From Hydrolagus colliei (Eukaryota), in assembly GCA_035084275.1 (NCBI GenBank), contig CM068742.1:21576001-21640000 (forward strand): DNA of 64,000 bases, read 5' to 3'. Within the stretch, counting starts at the first letter, position 1, and each line of letters opens with the position of its first letter. Of the stretch, positions 48,581-61,540 are shown in pieces. A model generated the notes under the pieces. That model saw only the letters and a program-made list of their open reading frames with translations. It was not told where the DNA came from and ran no database searches. The position numbers and the translations under genes are program-made.

Positions 48581-49409
48581 CTGGTAGACCCCGCTTAACA
48601 AAGGGGTTAGGGACTTTAAAACCCCTTGTAAAGTGAAAATTTTGTTAAGCGAGTGGTAACCCGCTATATATTTCTGTATGGGAAAAAATCAGTTTAGTTC
48701 CTAGTGGTTCCCAGCATTAACATTTTCGGTGCACGGGTTGAGCGTCCAAAATCCAGAATTCCAGAATCTGGACTCTGGGACGATTGGTGGCAGGGTCGTC
48801 CGGAATCTGTAAAATGTTCCCGAATCCGGACACCCTGTCAAACCTTTTCTGCCGCCAGCCGGGCCCAGGCATTGCAAAAACAAGAGAGGGAGGCTTACTA
48901 TGCGTTGCGAAGAAACGAGGACTACAAGACCTGCAAGGAAACGAACTACAAGGTGATGTCCAAAAACCGGAAATATCCCAACCTGGGACCAGGCATTTCC
49001 GGATTCGGGATGTGCTTCTGGCGTTCCGAAGTCCGGAAATACCCAATCCTGGGCTTGGGCGTTTCCGGACTTCGGACATCAGAAACATGTTCCGAAGTCC
49101 AAAAATACTCGAACCTGGGCTCAGGCGTTTCCGGACTTTGGACATCAGAAACACGTTCCGAAGTCCGGAAAAACACCAAAACTGGCTCAGCCTCTGTCCC
49201 GAGGTTGCTGGATTCAGGACGCTCAACCTGTACTAGTGAAGGGCTGAGCATGTGTTGCGGGGGCAGCCGGGAGAGAGGAGAAGCGCGTGAGATTTAAACA
49301 TTCGTTATAGCGAATGCAGCCTTTGCTAAGCGGATAGGTAGTACAAATATAAACATTAGTTATAGTGAACATTCATTGATCGAGCGTTCATTAAGGGGGG
49401 GTCTACCTG
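48581..49409 (-). mobile_element. Tigger-derived MITE (outer element)
   Basis: TA-CTGGTAGACCCCGCTTAAC ... TTAAGGGGGGGTCTACCTG-TA. The first ~145 nt are the reverse complement of the Tigger right end at about 33960-34103. Confidence 0.85.
48734..49230. mobile_element. Second TA-targeting MITE nested inside the outer one
   Basis: TIRs CGGGTTGAGCGTCCAAAATCC ... GGATTCAGGACGCTCAACCTG-TA; internal TTCCGGA/TCCGAA repeats. Confidence 0.8.
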
Positions 49410-49920
49410 TACTTCAAACCATATGAGAAATGGTATTTGTATAATTTCTGAAGCTTCTAATTTTGCATTGTTTCAAAATTTATGCACCTTGAAAAGATAT
49501 GAATCATATTGATACCAATATTATCATGCTCTATGGGGTGTGGTTTATTATTAATAGTGTCTGACTTCAGTTAATATTGTGCTTCCTCCTCTGATACGAA
49601 TAAACATGGATGCTTTACCAGTGGGAAAAAATTGTTACTGTTTAGCAAAAAAAAGTGGTGGCTTCTGTGATTCCTTTGCTTTGGTAACTCCCTGTTCAAA
49701 GATTTTTGATTACAAAATTGATTACAGATTTTGTGAACTGTAATACATACACAGACTTTTTTTTAATGTATATTGGTTAGCTTGTCTTGGTTTGGTTATT
49801 CGAGATGTGATTATTCCCCCTGAGCTCCTGTTGATCCTATAAAAACAAAGCCCTAAAGGGAAGGTTGATCCAATTGAATAACCAGTGGGAAGTTTGCCAG
49901 ACAATGACAACAACAAAATT

Positions 49921-50037
49921 AAACGCAAGATACTGCAGATGCTGGAAGTCTGAAACGAAAAGTGAAATTGCTTGGAACACTCAGCAGGTCACGCAGCATC
50001 TGTGGAGAAAGGACAGTCAGTCAACATTTTGGGTCCG
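49921..50037 (-). mobile_element. Remnant of a shark Penelope-type terminal repeat
   Basis: Minus strand reads gacccaaaatgttgactg...ctccacagatgctgcgtgacctgctgagtgttcc...ttccagcatctgcagtatcttgc, resembling a recalled abundant shark repeat; not searched. Confidence 0.45.
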
Positions 50038-50059
50038 TGGATAATAATGCAAGGATTAT

Positions 50060-51305
50060 TATTGAATTGAATCCTCAGCGCGATGGGAAGCCAGTGGAAT
50101 CGGGTCAAGATGGAGGATGATAGGGTCATGGAGCTTGGTGCGGGAGAGTTCTGGATGATCTGAGCCTAAGGAGGGACGATTTGGGGAGGCCGACATGCAG
50201 GGCTTTAACATAGTCAAGCATAACAGTAATAATAATAATAATAATCCTTGTATTTGATAGAGCGCTTTTCACGTATTCTAGACATCTCAAAGTGCTTCAT
50301 AGAATATACTGTAAAGTGAATTGGCTGCCTATTTGTGAAGAAAATGAGACAGCCAATTGTGCATAGCAGTGTCCCACAAACAGTCGTGGATTGAAGTGAC
50401 AGATTCAAAAAAAATTGTGCTAGAGATTATCATCAGGCATATGGAGTAAGGAACCTTGCTCAGGAAACCTGCCTGGAATTGAACTCAGATTTCTTGCTTG
50501 CAAAGCAAGTGCTCTAACCACTGAGCTACAGGACTCCATGTGGACATAATGAAGGCATGAATGAGAGTTTCAGCGGCCTAAGGGGTGAGGTAGTGGTGGA
50601 ATTAGGCAATGTTGAGGAGGTGAGAAAAAGCAGAGCGGGTCATGGCTTGGATAGGGGGGAGAAAAAACAGTTGAGGATTGAACAAGACACCTAGGTTCCT
50701 GACTGACTTGGTAAGGTGGAGTATGCAGCCATGGAGTTTGATGCTGCCAGTGCCTGAGGTGCGAGGTGCTGCTCAAGCCAATCCAGAGTGACTTGGTCTT
50801 GTTGACATTCTGCTTCTGGAATCGAGGATGGAGGCAGAAAGATAGTGTTGGGTGTCATCTGCTTACAAATGAAAGTTGACCCCATGTCTATGGATGAAGT
50901 CAGCAAGGGAGAGCATATGGATGTTGAAAAGGGAAGGACCAAGGACAGAGCCCTAGGGGACCCCACAAGTGACGGTGTGGGGGCTGGAGGAGAAGCGATT
51001 AGTGGTGACAAAGTGGAGACAGTGGGAGAGTAAGATTAAAACCAGGCAAGGGAAGGTCCACAAAGATTGAGCTGAGAGAGAGGAGAGGAAGTGTAGGATA
51101 GAATGGTCAAAAATGTCGGTTGAGGGAGACAAGGAGGCAGAGGGAGCCACGGTCACAGATGTTCAGAAAGTCAATAGAGACTTTTACTAGGGCCATCTCT
51201 GTGCTGTGAGCAGCATGGAAACCACTTTGGAGGGGTTCAAAGAGGGAATGGTGGGAAAGGAATGAGCAAAGCTGGGATGTGACGACTCATTTAAGGGCCT
51301 TGGAG
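50060..51305 (-). mobile_element. L2 fragment split by a full-length minus SINE (50228-50537)
   Basis: HGVNFHL*ADDTQ motif at about 50845-50890 and GVPQG (gccctaggggacccc). The inserted SINE has a complete head (ctgagctacaggactcc) and an (ATT)n tail. Confidence 0.8.
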
Positions 51306-51436
51306 AGACAGTGCTCCAATGACAAGCCATGTGCTTTTAGCTGGATAAACGTCAGAGCACCTCAACATACTCTGGTGTTTCACATATTTTACTTGGATCA
51401 ATTTATAACACTTTCTTGGATAAAGTCAGCAGACTG

Positions 51437-51709
51437 TAATAATCCTTGCATTTGATATAACGCTTTTCACATCTTCTGGATGTCTCAAAGTGCTTCACAC
51501 AATATACTGTATATTGAATTGACTGTATATATGTGAATGAAATGTAGCAGCAATTGCGCAGTCGTGGATTGAAATTACCAATTGATTATTTTTTTGAGGG
51601 ATAGTTATTACGTGTAAGAAAACTTGCCCGAGGTTTTATCCTGCCTGGAATTTAACCCAGGTCTCTCGCTTGTAAGGCGGGTACTCTAACCACTGAGCTG
51701 CAAGGCTCC
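51437..51709 (-). mobile_element. Full-length tRNA-head SINE
   Basis: Tail aataatccttgcatttgatataacgc; head ctctaaccactgagctgcaaggctcc. Confidence 0.85.
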
Positions 51710-52759
51710 AGTCCTCCAGGGAGAGAATGCAAGCCATATTCCACATACAGAGAAATTACCACATGTATATGGCTGATATAATGTTTCATCAATGATATTG
51801 GAATAATTTAGCACATTCCCTTTTCATAATATTCTTTGTAACGACACACAAGTATAATTTTGTGGTTGTTGTTGTTATTGTTATATTCTTGTAAATGGAA
51901 GGAAAGCAGAAATGACTGAGATAAAGTGTTCTGTTACTAGGTAGTGTTACGTGAATCATTTATCATCCCTCTCCACATGATTTGCCGCTGTATAATTCTG
52001 TGTGTGTATGCGCGTGTACAAAAACAGTAAATTTTAAAGAAACAATGGAAATTGCCTGAAGCACTATTGGGGTTTGCAGAACATTCTCCTGTTCACTACA
52101 GTAACAAAATGATCATTATACCGCACTCTGGTTTCTAATGCTCCCTTCCTGTTGTGCAATTTCAATTGTAATAACTGCTAATGGGATCTTGACACTTTCA
52201 TGATCATTATCCTGAATTGAAATGAAATCATTTTAACTACATTTCCTGTGAGATTATACCATATGGTTGTAGTGATGTAATCACAGAGGCATGGTGATCC
52301 TCTGACTGATGCCAAGTCGTCTAAGCATACTACAATGACTTATTTTTATAGGTGTTATTCTTTGGCATGCATATGGATGATGTGGAGCTGTTGTTGCACA
52401 ATATATTGTTCAGGGAAGTGGTAAAAATACAGGATGGTATTAAATGCAGAGCAACAAACTGCAAGCAATAAATCAAGCTTCCACATGCGATCAACACTCA
52501 TTAATGCAGGAACAAAAGGATGGAGTGGGAGATAAAGGCACTCGCTGGTTCTAAGAATGCTTTGCTTTTGTAATCCTGCAGAGAGAGCTTGCATGTGTTC
52601 ATGGGCTGTGAGCAGTCCTAATGAGTGGGTGAATTTTCTTTCTTACATTGAGTTGCTTGAGTTTGCATGATTTTGAAGTCTTTGTAATTACATTTTTGAG
52701 AGAGGACAAAGTAAAATGAGATTCAAGCCAAGTACCCGCAGTTCTCGAAATGTGCAGTA

Positions 52760-53493
52760 CAGGTATTCCTCCCCAACTGCGATGGATACGTTCCTGTAAA
52801 CCTTCGTGGTTGGTAATATCGCGGTTGGAAAATGCAGCGCCCTATGGCAAACATGGGGATAGGGGGAGTACGTGCACTTTTTCGTGGTTGGGAAATGCAG
52901 GGCCCTATAGAAAACATAAGGATAGGGGGAGTAAGTTCGCGTTTAGTAAAACTAAACACAAAAAAACACAAAGTTATAACATACCTGTACATGGAGATAG
53001 GGGGAGTAAGGTTTGGCTTAGACAATAATGCTGTCTGACTGTGAGAGAGAGACACCAAGGGTGTGTGTGTGGGGGGGGGGGGGGGGGGGGGGATGAGGGC
53101 TGGGGGTGTGACATGGAGGGTGGTGGGGGTGACACGGAGGGCTGGGTGAGGGTGACACGGAGGGCTGAGGGGGTGACATGGAGCAGGGCTGGGGGTGCTG
53201 GAGAAGGTGAGGGAGAAGGAGAGGTGGGGGGAGGAGAAGGTGAAATAGAGAGGTGAGAGAGAGAAGGGGGCTGGGGGTGTATTTACCTTAATCGTAAAAG
53301 AGAAGCATTGTCACTGGTTGATTGCAATATCGTCCCTGGGTCCTAGTACTGTATGCTAGCTGTTTGAAAATTTAAACCCGTGGATTTAAATCACGGATGC
53401 GCAAAATGCGGTTTGCGAGGGTTGTCACATTTAGCAAACTGTGTATACATGAGTTTCGTGGTTGGCGAGGCTGCGGTTGGGGCGGGATATCTG
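52760..53493. mobile_element. Tc1/pogo-type MITE with G-rich interior
   Basis: TA-CAGGTATTCCTCCCCAACTGC ... GCGGTTGGGGCGGGATATCTG-TA; three internal cctat/gataggggagta repeats. Confidence 0.75.
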
Positions 53494-55044
53494 TAATTAC
53501 GTTATATCAGAAAGCAAGCAGTGGATAGTTTCAAGAAATGCAGCGTATACAGTATCAAGGATAATTTAAAAATATAAAAACAATTAGTAGAGGTACCAAT
53601 CAGCCATGATCTAATTAAATGGTAGAACAGGCTTGAAGGGCTGAATGGTCTACTCCTGTTCCTATAGAATATTGCCTCTAAAGTAAATATTGTATATCAT
53701 TAAAGAAAAAAAAAGTGTTAAATAAATCCCAAAAGGCCAAATCTTAACAAGCTTCCAGCTTTAATTTATGCACAGCTAAAAATGATCTCCAGACCGAAAG
53801 GTTATGAATATCCATTCAATCATTTTACTTGCTATCAAAGCTTTCTCCTGATGTGAAAGGCGCTCTATAAATGTAATTATGTTGTTGTTTAGTATTTTAG
53901 GATTACAGAAAGCTAATTTTGGAGACCATGGTATTTTCCAGTACAAGTTTAAATATTCCTGCAAGCTGCTTTATGAGCTTGCTAGTTTTTGTATGAGCAC
54001 TTAGACGCACAAATCAAATTTCCTTTGGCTCAAATTAAATGTTTATAACGTTGGACCGCACCCACTTTATAATTTTAATTTTTGCTGCGGTGATTGGTTT
54101 CAAAATGGAACATGAGAGTGTAATTGCATGACTATTCCTTTGTCCATTTGTTCTTGGCACTGCAATGGGTTGTAAATTTAACCATAGCTGTTTGTGGGAC
54201 TTCAATGGGGTAAATGGCTGATGTGCAAAAAACAGTGGTTGCACATAACAGTGATTCTCAGTAAAGTATTTTGACTCTGTAAAGACATTATAAAAATGGA
54301 AATGTAATTTGTTGTTGTTGTTGTTGTTGTTTTGCTATTTGGCTTTGTAAAGTAGAAATCAAAATGCTGTAATTCCATGTACTAATCGGTGCCTACATTA
54401 AATCCATTGCATTCTTTGCTTCTATTATACTGCCGCAGAGGTGATTTTGTTCATGTCTTTTTATATATGTCTATATATATATATGTGTGTGTATGTGTTG
54501 GGGAAGGGAGGGCAGATGAAGGGAGTTGAGATGAAACGTAAATTACACTAATTATATCTCATCCATCAACCAGCTGGTATATGAAATTTAGAACCAGATT
54601 AATGCATAACTGATGAATTCTAAATTTCCACAGACAAATTGCCTCTATAACATGTTTCATTAAAAGTGAAAAAGAATTGTAGTCCCCATTAGCGTTGCTC
54701 TGACACCATGATGTTTGCAATATATCATTGTCTGTGGACAAAAGTGTTGTTCACATGTTCAGAATTAGAAAATAGTGGTTGCTCAGCAAAGTGACATCTT
54801 TCTTTTTTTACTGTCACTGTAATAGCTAGGAGATATAATAAAGATACATTTATTGTTGTAATCGGATTATAAACCATAATGAATATTGTGCCATGTTAGG
54901 ATACTTAACTCATCTACACTTATTCATTTGTTCATTAGACTTTCATTTTCTCAAGGGAGCGTATGATAACTCTCATTGGGTAGGTTAAAATGCACTGAAG
55001 GAATGCTTGGCCATATTGGACAGCAACACAATTGACTCAATCGG

Positions 55045-55550
55045 AAAAACAACAACAAATTACATTTGTATAGCACGTTTGACGTTGAGAGGACATCCCA
55101 AGGCGCTGAACAGTCAGGGATTTAGACCGAAGCAGGCGGTTTCGTTTCGGAGGGAGGGTAGGAGTAGATTGGTGATGAAAAGCACTGATGAAGAAGAGAC
55201 ATACTTTGGGGTGGAGTTCCAAAGGGTGGGGCCAGAGAGGCTGAAGTCCCGACCGCCAATGATGGGGTGGGTGAGGTAGGATATATGGAGCTGGCTGTGG
55301 GTGGAAGGAGTGGATAGGTCGATGTGGCATTAGCAAGTCACAGAGATAGGGAGGAGTAAGGCCATGGAGGGCTTTGAAGGTGAGGGCAAGGATTTTGAAA
55401 TCTATCCTCTGGGAGATGGGGAGCCAATGGTGCCAGATGAGGGTGGAGGTGATAGGGTTACGGAGCCTGGTGTGGATGAGCACACAAGCTGCAGAGTTCT
55501 GGATGACCTGTAGGTTGTATTGAGATGAGTTGGGAATGCTGAGAAATGGG
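55045..55550 (-). mobile_element. L2 LINE 3' fragment
   Basis: ORF 55037-55573: LQVIQNSAACVL....RNPITSTL..HHWLPISQRIDFKILALTFKALHGLTPPYL. Confidence 0.88.
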
Positions 55551-57704
55551 ATATTTACCGTATCATTCCTCACGGTTTTATTGGCTACATTTGATTCTAG
55601 TACAGAGCAGTTATGACATTATTGTAATAGGATGCGTTAAAAGTTTCAGTTCATTGGGCATAAACCATTGATGTGATACTAATGCTGAGTGTCTGTACAT
55701 TCTTATAGCTGTGTTAGGTGGAGGAGGAGGAGATGGTTTAAGCTTTTTTTTATTTGGAAATGTTACTGGTATTAAGAATATCATGTTCTTCCTTTAATTA
55801 AATGAATATATCCTAATTGTTGCTTCTCCCTCTAATGCTTCCTTCAATTGAGCAAATTTGTCCATCAAGGATAATAATCAAGGATTGTTATAATAATAAT
55901 AATCCATGCATTTGACATAATGTTGTATCATGTCGTTGAAACGTCGCAAAGCGGTTCACAAAATATACTGTAAAATGAATTGAATTTTGTGGGTGATTAT
56001 TCTCTTTGACCACGCTTATGGTCACCTTCCCCTGGTTTGGCCTCGGGCTCCGTCATTGTGAAGCACTTTGAGACACCTATTGGCATGAAGGGCACTATAT
56101 AAATGCAAATTGTTGTTGTTTTAGTCATATTGTGCATCGGGAGTGAGTTTTTTGTTCTGACAAGGGGAATTGTGATAAATTTTCAGACAACACTGGCAAC
56201 TGCAAATATTTATTCCTTTTCGAGTGTCCATCCATCATTCTATCTGTGTCGCTTCATATACCTTCCATTCCATTTCTAGATATTTTACAATGTAATCTTC
56301 TATAAGAATGTGTTCACTGCTTGATATTGGTAGACTATTTTTCCCACAGGGATAAAAATAAGTGGAATATATTAACTTTCCCCCAAGCAAAGTTATTATA
56401 TGGAGAATTTTGCAGTATGCTTTCCATCAGGGCTACATTGCAACATCATTTGAGTTTAGATTCTCATAGATCATATGAAACCTAATAAAGAGATAAATTG
56501 TCTTAAGTGAGAATTATCTTGACTACAAGATACATATGTGCTACACTTTGCAGTAAAATTGTGTGTTTCAAGACATCCCCCCAACATGAAGGCGTTACGT
56601 CAAATTCACGGATAATTGTTATTATGGTTTAACAGGATAAAAAGTAAACAATAGAACAATATTTCCCAATATGCTAAGGTAACAGTGCAAAAAGGCATGA
56701 AAGCTATAAATAGGGTTCAGAAAACAAGATGCAATAAGATTGGTTTAGATGAAGATATATCTTCAGCCCATCTGATCTCATCAATCTAGAAAACCCACTT
56801 ACTACCCTCCCGTTAGAGCATCAAACTTCTTTTTTCAATGAGTCCAGTGTCTTGGCCTCAACCACCTTTTCTGGTAATCTGTTCCAGTTGTCAATTCAGT
56901 ATCTGTTTAGGAACTGCATTGAAAATTTGTTTTTATGGTTAACATTTGTACTGAGGTTTCACACCCATTGGAAATTGCATAAACCTACAATTCAACAATA
57001 ACAACAACTTCGATTTATATTGTACCCTCCATGCCGGACGGCATCTCAGAGCGCTTGAAATTTCCAATAGGATGTTTAGAGTCAGCAGGTGAGGGATCCT
57101 TTGCCTGATCAGTCTGGGCTGAATCTAATTCAAAAAGTCCCAGCATATGAGATGAACATAAGTTTAATTCACACATTTCCTTCAGTGTTATGGTTTTATA
57201 TATTCTTTTGGCGAACAAGTGTTTTTTGCAGTATAATCTATCAAAGTAAAGAATTGAGCTCACTCATTTTCAAACTAAAATCAGAATGTAAATTACAATC
57301 TCCCACATGTCTTACTGTCTAGTTTCCCAAACCTGTCTATCTACTATCTGAAGAAAGTTCTGTTTGTTTCCCTGCTCTTTTCCTCTCCACACACCAAAAG
57401 AGGTTCTTTCATGGTCTTTTTTCATGTTCATTTAGATCTAAAATTCTTTAACTGACAGTGTGCTTTGCATATCAACTCGATCAACTCCCTGGAAGGTTTG
57501 GTTCACCTTACATCTCTTCTACAGAGTAGCACATGTTCCCTTGCCAGTACAAAACTCCATAGATTAATCTACGTTCATGGTTTGGTTCAAAAGAAAGCCT
57601 GAAATTATTTTCATATAAATTTGTTAAATCCAGATTTGGAGTTGTCTCTGTTTTAGACCCAGATGACACATATGTTTTTTCACACATACAATAGACAGAA
57701 TGAG

Positions 57705-58075
57705 AATATCTGAGTAAAATTACTGCATACTTTGTAGGTGAATATGACAGCCAATTTGCAAAGAGCAATGTCCTACAAACAGCCATGACTAATTTTAGTG
57801 AATGGTTTTAGCTGGGGGATTGTTGGCCCTCAGACTATTAGAAACTCCCATCTCTTTTCAAATAGTCAAATGTGATTGTTAATATCCAGTTGAACTGGGA
57901 GATGGGACCCTGGTTTAGTGTCTAATCTGAAGGATGGTACCTCCCAACAATGCAGCATTTTCGTTCAGCCACATAATGGAGTGTCAGTCTATGCTATTTG
58001 ATTTCAATGTTCTGATGTAGGGCTTAAACCCACATTTTCCTGAGTTGGAGACGAGGGATTCCAACTGGGCCAGTT
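57705..58075 (-). mobile_element. Older Deu-domain SINE
   Basis: gacagccaatttgcaaagagcaatgtcctacaaacagc...ggtttagtgtctaatctgaaggatggtacctcc...atgcagca...ggagtgtcag. Confidence 0.55.
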
Positions 58076-58961
58076 TGGCACCATGCAACTCTTTGGATCA
58101 TGATGAAGTTATGAGGGATTTATTGCAGAATGTGAAAACTAAGTCCACAATCACAGCTAATAAAACCTTTTATTCCCCCTTTCAAATCTATTAATTGGTT
58201 ATGAGCTGAAATTTGAAAAGCCTTTGGGATTAGACAAATTGCAAGTACAGTTATGAAGTATTCATGTGTCTGGTGAAGAAAGAGCTGTAAAGGAAAACGT
58301 TTTGTAATGTGTTGGGGATGGTTGATTCATTTGTATTTTATCATCTTAAAAAAACAACCTGGTAAACTCTATAAGGCTTTGCTCAGTGTACAAGCAGCAG
58401 ATGTACGCTTTGGTGTCTAACCCCGTTGGGTCTAGATGAAGAAAGTCCTTCGACCCATCCAATCTCATCCCTTGCGAACATCCACCTGCCATCGCCCAAT
58501 CACTATATGAAGCTGCTTTTTAAATGTACAGTGACCTACCTTTCCTGGCAACCTAGTTACAGTCATTGATTACACAAAATAAAGAAAAAACAGCCAGGAT
58601 TCCCATTCCCATTACAATATCTTCTATTAGTTGCACACATGTGTAACAGCTGGGTGGGGAAAGGTTGCCATCCTTTAATTGAGTGACCTGCTGACACTCA
58701 CGGCCAAGACTCATGAACTATGGCCCCTTGGGTGGTGTAGTGGAGGCCTATGGAGCCACACCCCAGCAAGAGGAGGCCAGACCAGTATCAGAAAGGTCAG
58801 TTGGGAGAGTTTTTTAAAAAATAATTGGACACTATTTTAAAATAAAAGATTCCCAGCTGCTCTCTGGTGCCTTGTTCAAGCAATCATTTGTTTTGCGTGA
58901 GATTCAACAGTGAATTTGACAATGGACACATCACAGCTTCTGTCTTTGCCCAACATGCATG

Positions 58962-59250
58962 TAATAATAATAATAATCCTTGCATTTGATGTAGCACTTT
59001 TCACATCTTCTAGTGATTCACTCTGTACAGTTGATTCACTCTGTAAAGTGAATCAACTGTATATTTGTGGGTGAAATGCGGCAGCCAATTGCGCACAGCA
59101 GTGTCCCACAAACAGTCAGTCGTGCATTCAAATGACCAATTTTATTATTGTGTTTTTTGAAGGATTATTATTTGGCATATGGAGTAAGGAAACTTGCTCA
59201 AGGTTTCACCCTGACCTGCCTGGATTCGAACACAGGTCTCACGCTTGCCC
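58962..59250 (-). mobile_element. tRNA-head SINE running into a gap
   Basis: Tail, core and B-box (ggattcgaacacaggtctc) are all present. Confidence 0.88.
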
Positions 59251-59254
59251 CATA

Positions 59255-59487
59255 NNNNNNNNNNNNNNNNNNNNNNNNNNNNNNNNNNNNNNNNNNNNNN
59301 NNNNNNNNNNNNNNNNNNNNNNNNNNNNNNNNNNNNNNNNNNNNNNNNNNNNNNNNNNNNNNNNNNNNNNNNNNNNNNNNNNNNNNNNNNNNNNNNNNNN
59401 NNNNNNNNNNNNNNNNNNNNNNNNNNNNNNNNNNNNNNNNNNNNNNNNNNNNNNNNNNNNNNNNNNNNNNNNNNNNNNNNNNNNNNN
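59255..59487. other. Assembly gap
   Basis: Run of N. Confidence 1.
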
Positions 59488-59855
59488 TCCTCCCTTCTTA
59501 GCCTCTCTCTACCCCTCTTTACTTCTCTCTTTCTTTCCCCCTCTTCCCTACTCTCTCTTCACCTCCTTTTTCCCCCCTTTCCTTCCTCTCGCTCTTTCAC
59601 CCCTACCCTCTCTATCCCCTTCCTTCCTTTCCCCTCTCTCTCTTCCCCCCTTTCTTCCCTCTTCTTCCCTCCCCTTCTTCTCCCTCTTCCTTCCCTCTGC
59701 TCCCCTTTCCCCATTCTCTCCCTCCCCCCTTTTCCCCTTCTCTCCCTCTTACCCCTAACCCCCCCTTCTCCCCCCTTTTCCTCCCTGACTTTACCCCACC
59801 CCACCTTTCCCTCACTCTCCCCCCTTACCCTCTTTTCCCCCTTTCTCCCCTAACC
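59488..59855. repeat. Polypyrimidine (CT-rich) low-complexity tract
   Basis: About 370 nt made almost only of C and T. Confidence 0.92.
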
Positions 59856-61294
59856 CCACTTCCACGACTGTTTGTAGGACTGCAGTGCGCAATTGGCTGC
59901 TGTGTTTCGCCCACAAATATAGTCAATTTTCCTACTCCCCTTCCCCTTCCCCCAATCTCTCCCCCACTGTTCTGGTACCGACCTGATTGTTCAGTGCCTT
60001 GGGACGTCCTCCCGACGTGAAAGGCGCAATATAAATGTAATTTTGTTGTTGTTGTAAGGCAAGTGCGCTAACCACTGAGCTACAGGTATTGGCACTTTAC
60101 TACAGTGTGCACTGGACAAAATCCTTGCATTTAAGTATTTGATGTCATGGTGTCAAAACGCCTCAAAGCTTCCCAGGATTTACTGTAAGGTGTACTGATT
60201 TGTGTATTTTGTAATAATCTATGTATTAACCCTACCTAGTCTGTCTTCTCCTCAGCCCAGGATGCTGAAGCCAATGTTTGATCCTCTTGTTGCTCCCTCA
60301 GTTGAGATCGGCTAACTGAATTGACCTCAAGTGCCAACTTTACCAGCTGAGCCATCAAAGAGGGTGGATTAGCAGAAATTTCAAAACTTTTTGGGTAAGT
60401 AGCAGAGAGATGCTGACAGCAATGCAGCTTCCAGAAACATCAGAAACAAGTTTTGCTCACACAGTTTTGAATAAAACTTCATTTTCCAAATATCATATGT
60501 AAGTGTCCTTGCTAAACACTGCATGTACCGATGGTAATGCACTGAAAAACCTGCTGGACATTTGCACTGGGAACCTTAGACACTTATTTATACCAGAGCT
60601 CATCACCAGGGCCAGCTGCAACACTCAATCCTTTTCACAAGATGTTGAAAAAATGAGAACAATGCTTGGAAGATTTAGAACCTCTAACCTTGCAGTACAT
60701 AGAATAATCTGTGGGGGAAAAGAGGTGTGAAGCACCATATCCCATTAGGTACTGCAGACATGAAATATCAGCATCAGAACAGGACTTTGGGCACTTAAGG
60801 AAAACATTGTTGCCATGTACATTACTAAGTTTATTATTATTTATTAAGTTTGCACAAATGCAAACAGAAAGGAAACTTTTTTTTAGGAATGACTCTGCTT
60901 GGTTGTTGGCAAATTGACCTGCTTTGGCAGAGAAATGTATCGGATTCTCCTCTGGTTGGGAAATTTACTGACCTTGGCTGCATGATCATATGATGCGTGT
61001 TTCCGGGACTGTTAGATTTACTGACCCATGGAAAACAAGATGTGCTTATTTTCCATGGACAGTAAATTTACCGGTAATTGAGAAAATTGTCTTCAGTAGG
61101 TAAAAGGGAACCGACTTCATAATTACTGATGAGATTTGTTGTGTAGTGAGACCACAACTGTTGGCTTGTGAATCTTGAGTAGTTGGTGGAACTGAGAGTT
61201 ACAGTTTCTCAGCTATTACCACTGTGTAGAAGACAGTATGTTGTGGCTGCCGACAGCAGTGGAGGCTATGACCTTTGGCTCTGTTACTTCATTA

Positions 61295-61540
61295 TGTGGT
61301 TTTCTTTACATAGGGCGGTTAGATTGTGGAATTTTTTGCCACAAACTGAAACTGAGGCAGAGTCCATAAATTATTCTAAAAGGGAATTTGATAGATGCTT
61401 GAAAGTAAGGGTTATTAAAAGGTATTAAAAGGAGCTAACGGGAGAGTAGTATTAGACACAGTGACGTACACAGGAAAAACATTGGTGCAGACTTGATCTT
61501 GGCCTTTCTCTGATGTGCTCTTAAGATTCTATGATTATGA
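61295..61540 (+). mobile_element. Old CR1 3' fragment
   Basis: HRAVRLWNFLPQ...EAESINYSKREFDRCL; tail ttctatgattatga. Confidence 0.7.

Noticed and set aside
48704-49297. 197-aa ORF and overlapping ORFs
   Set aside because: Lie within nested MITEs with internal repeats; no protein motif.
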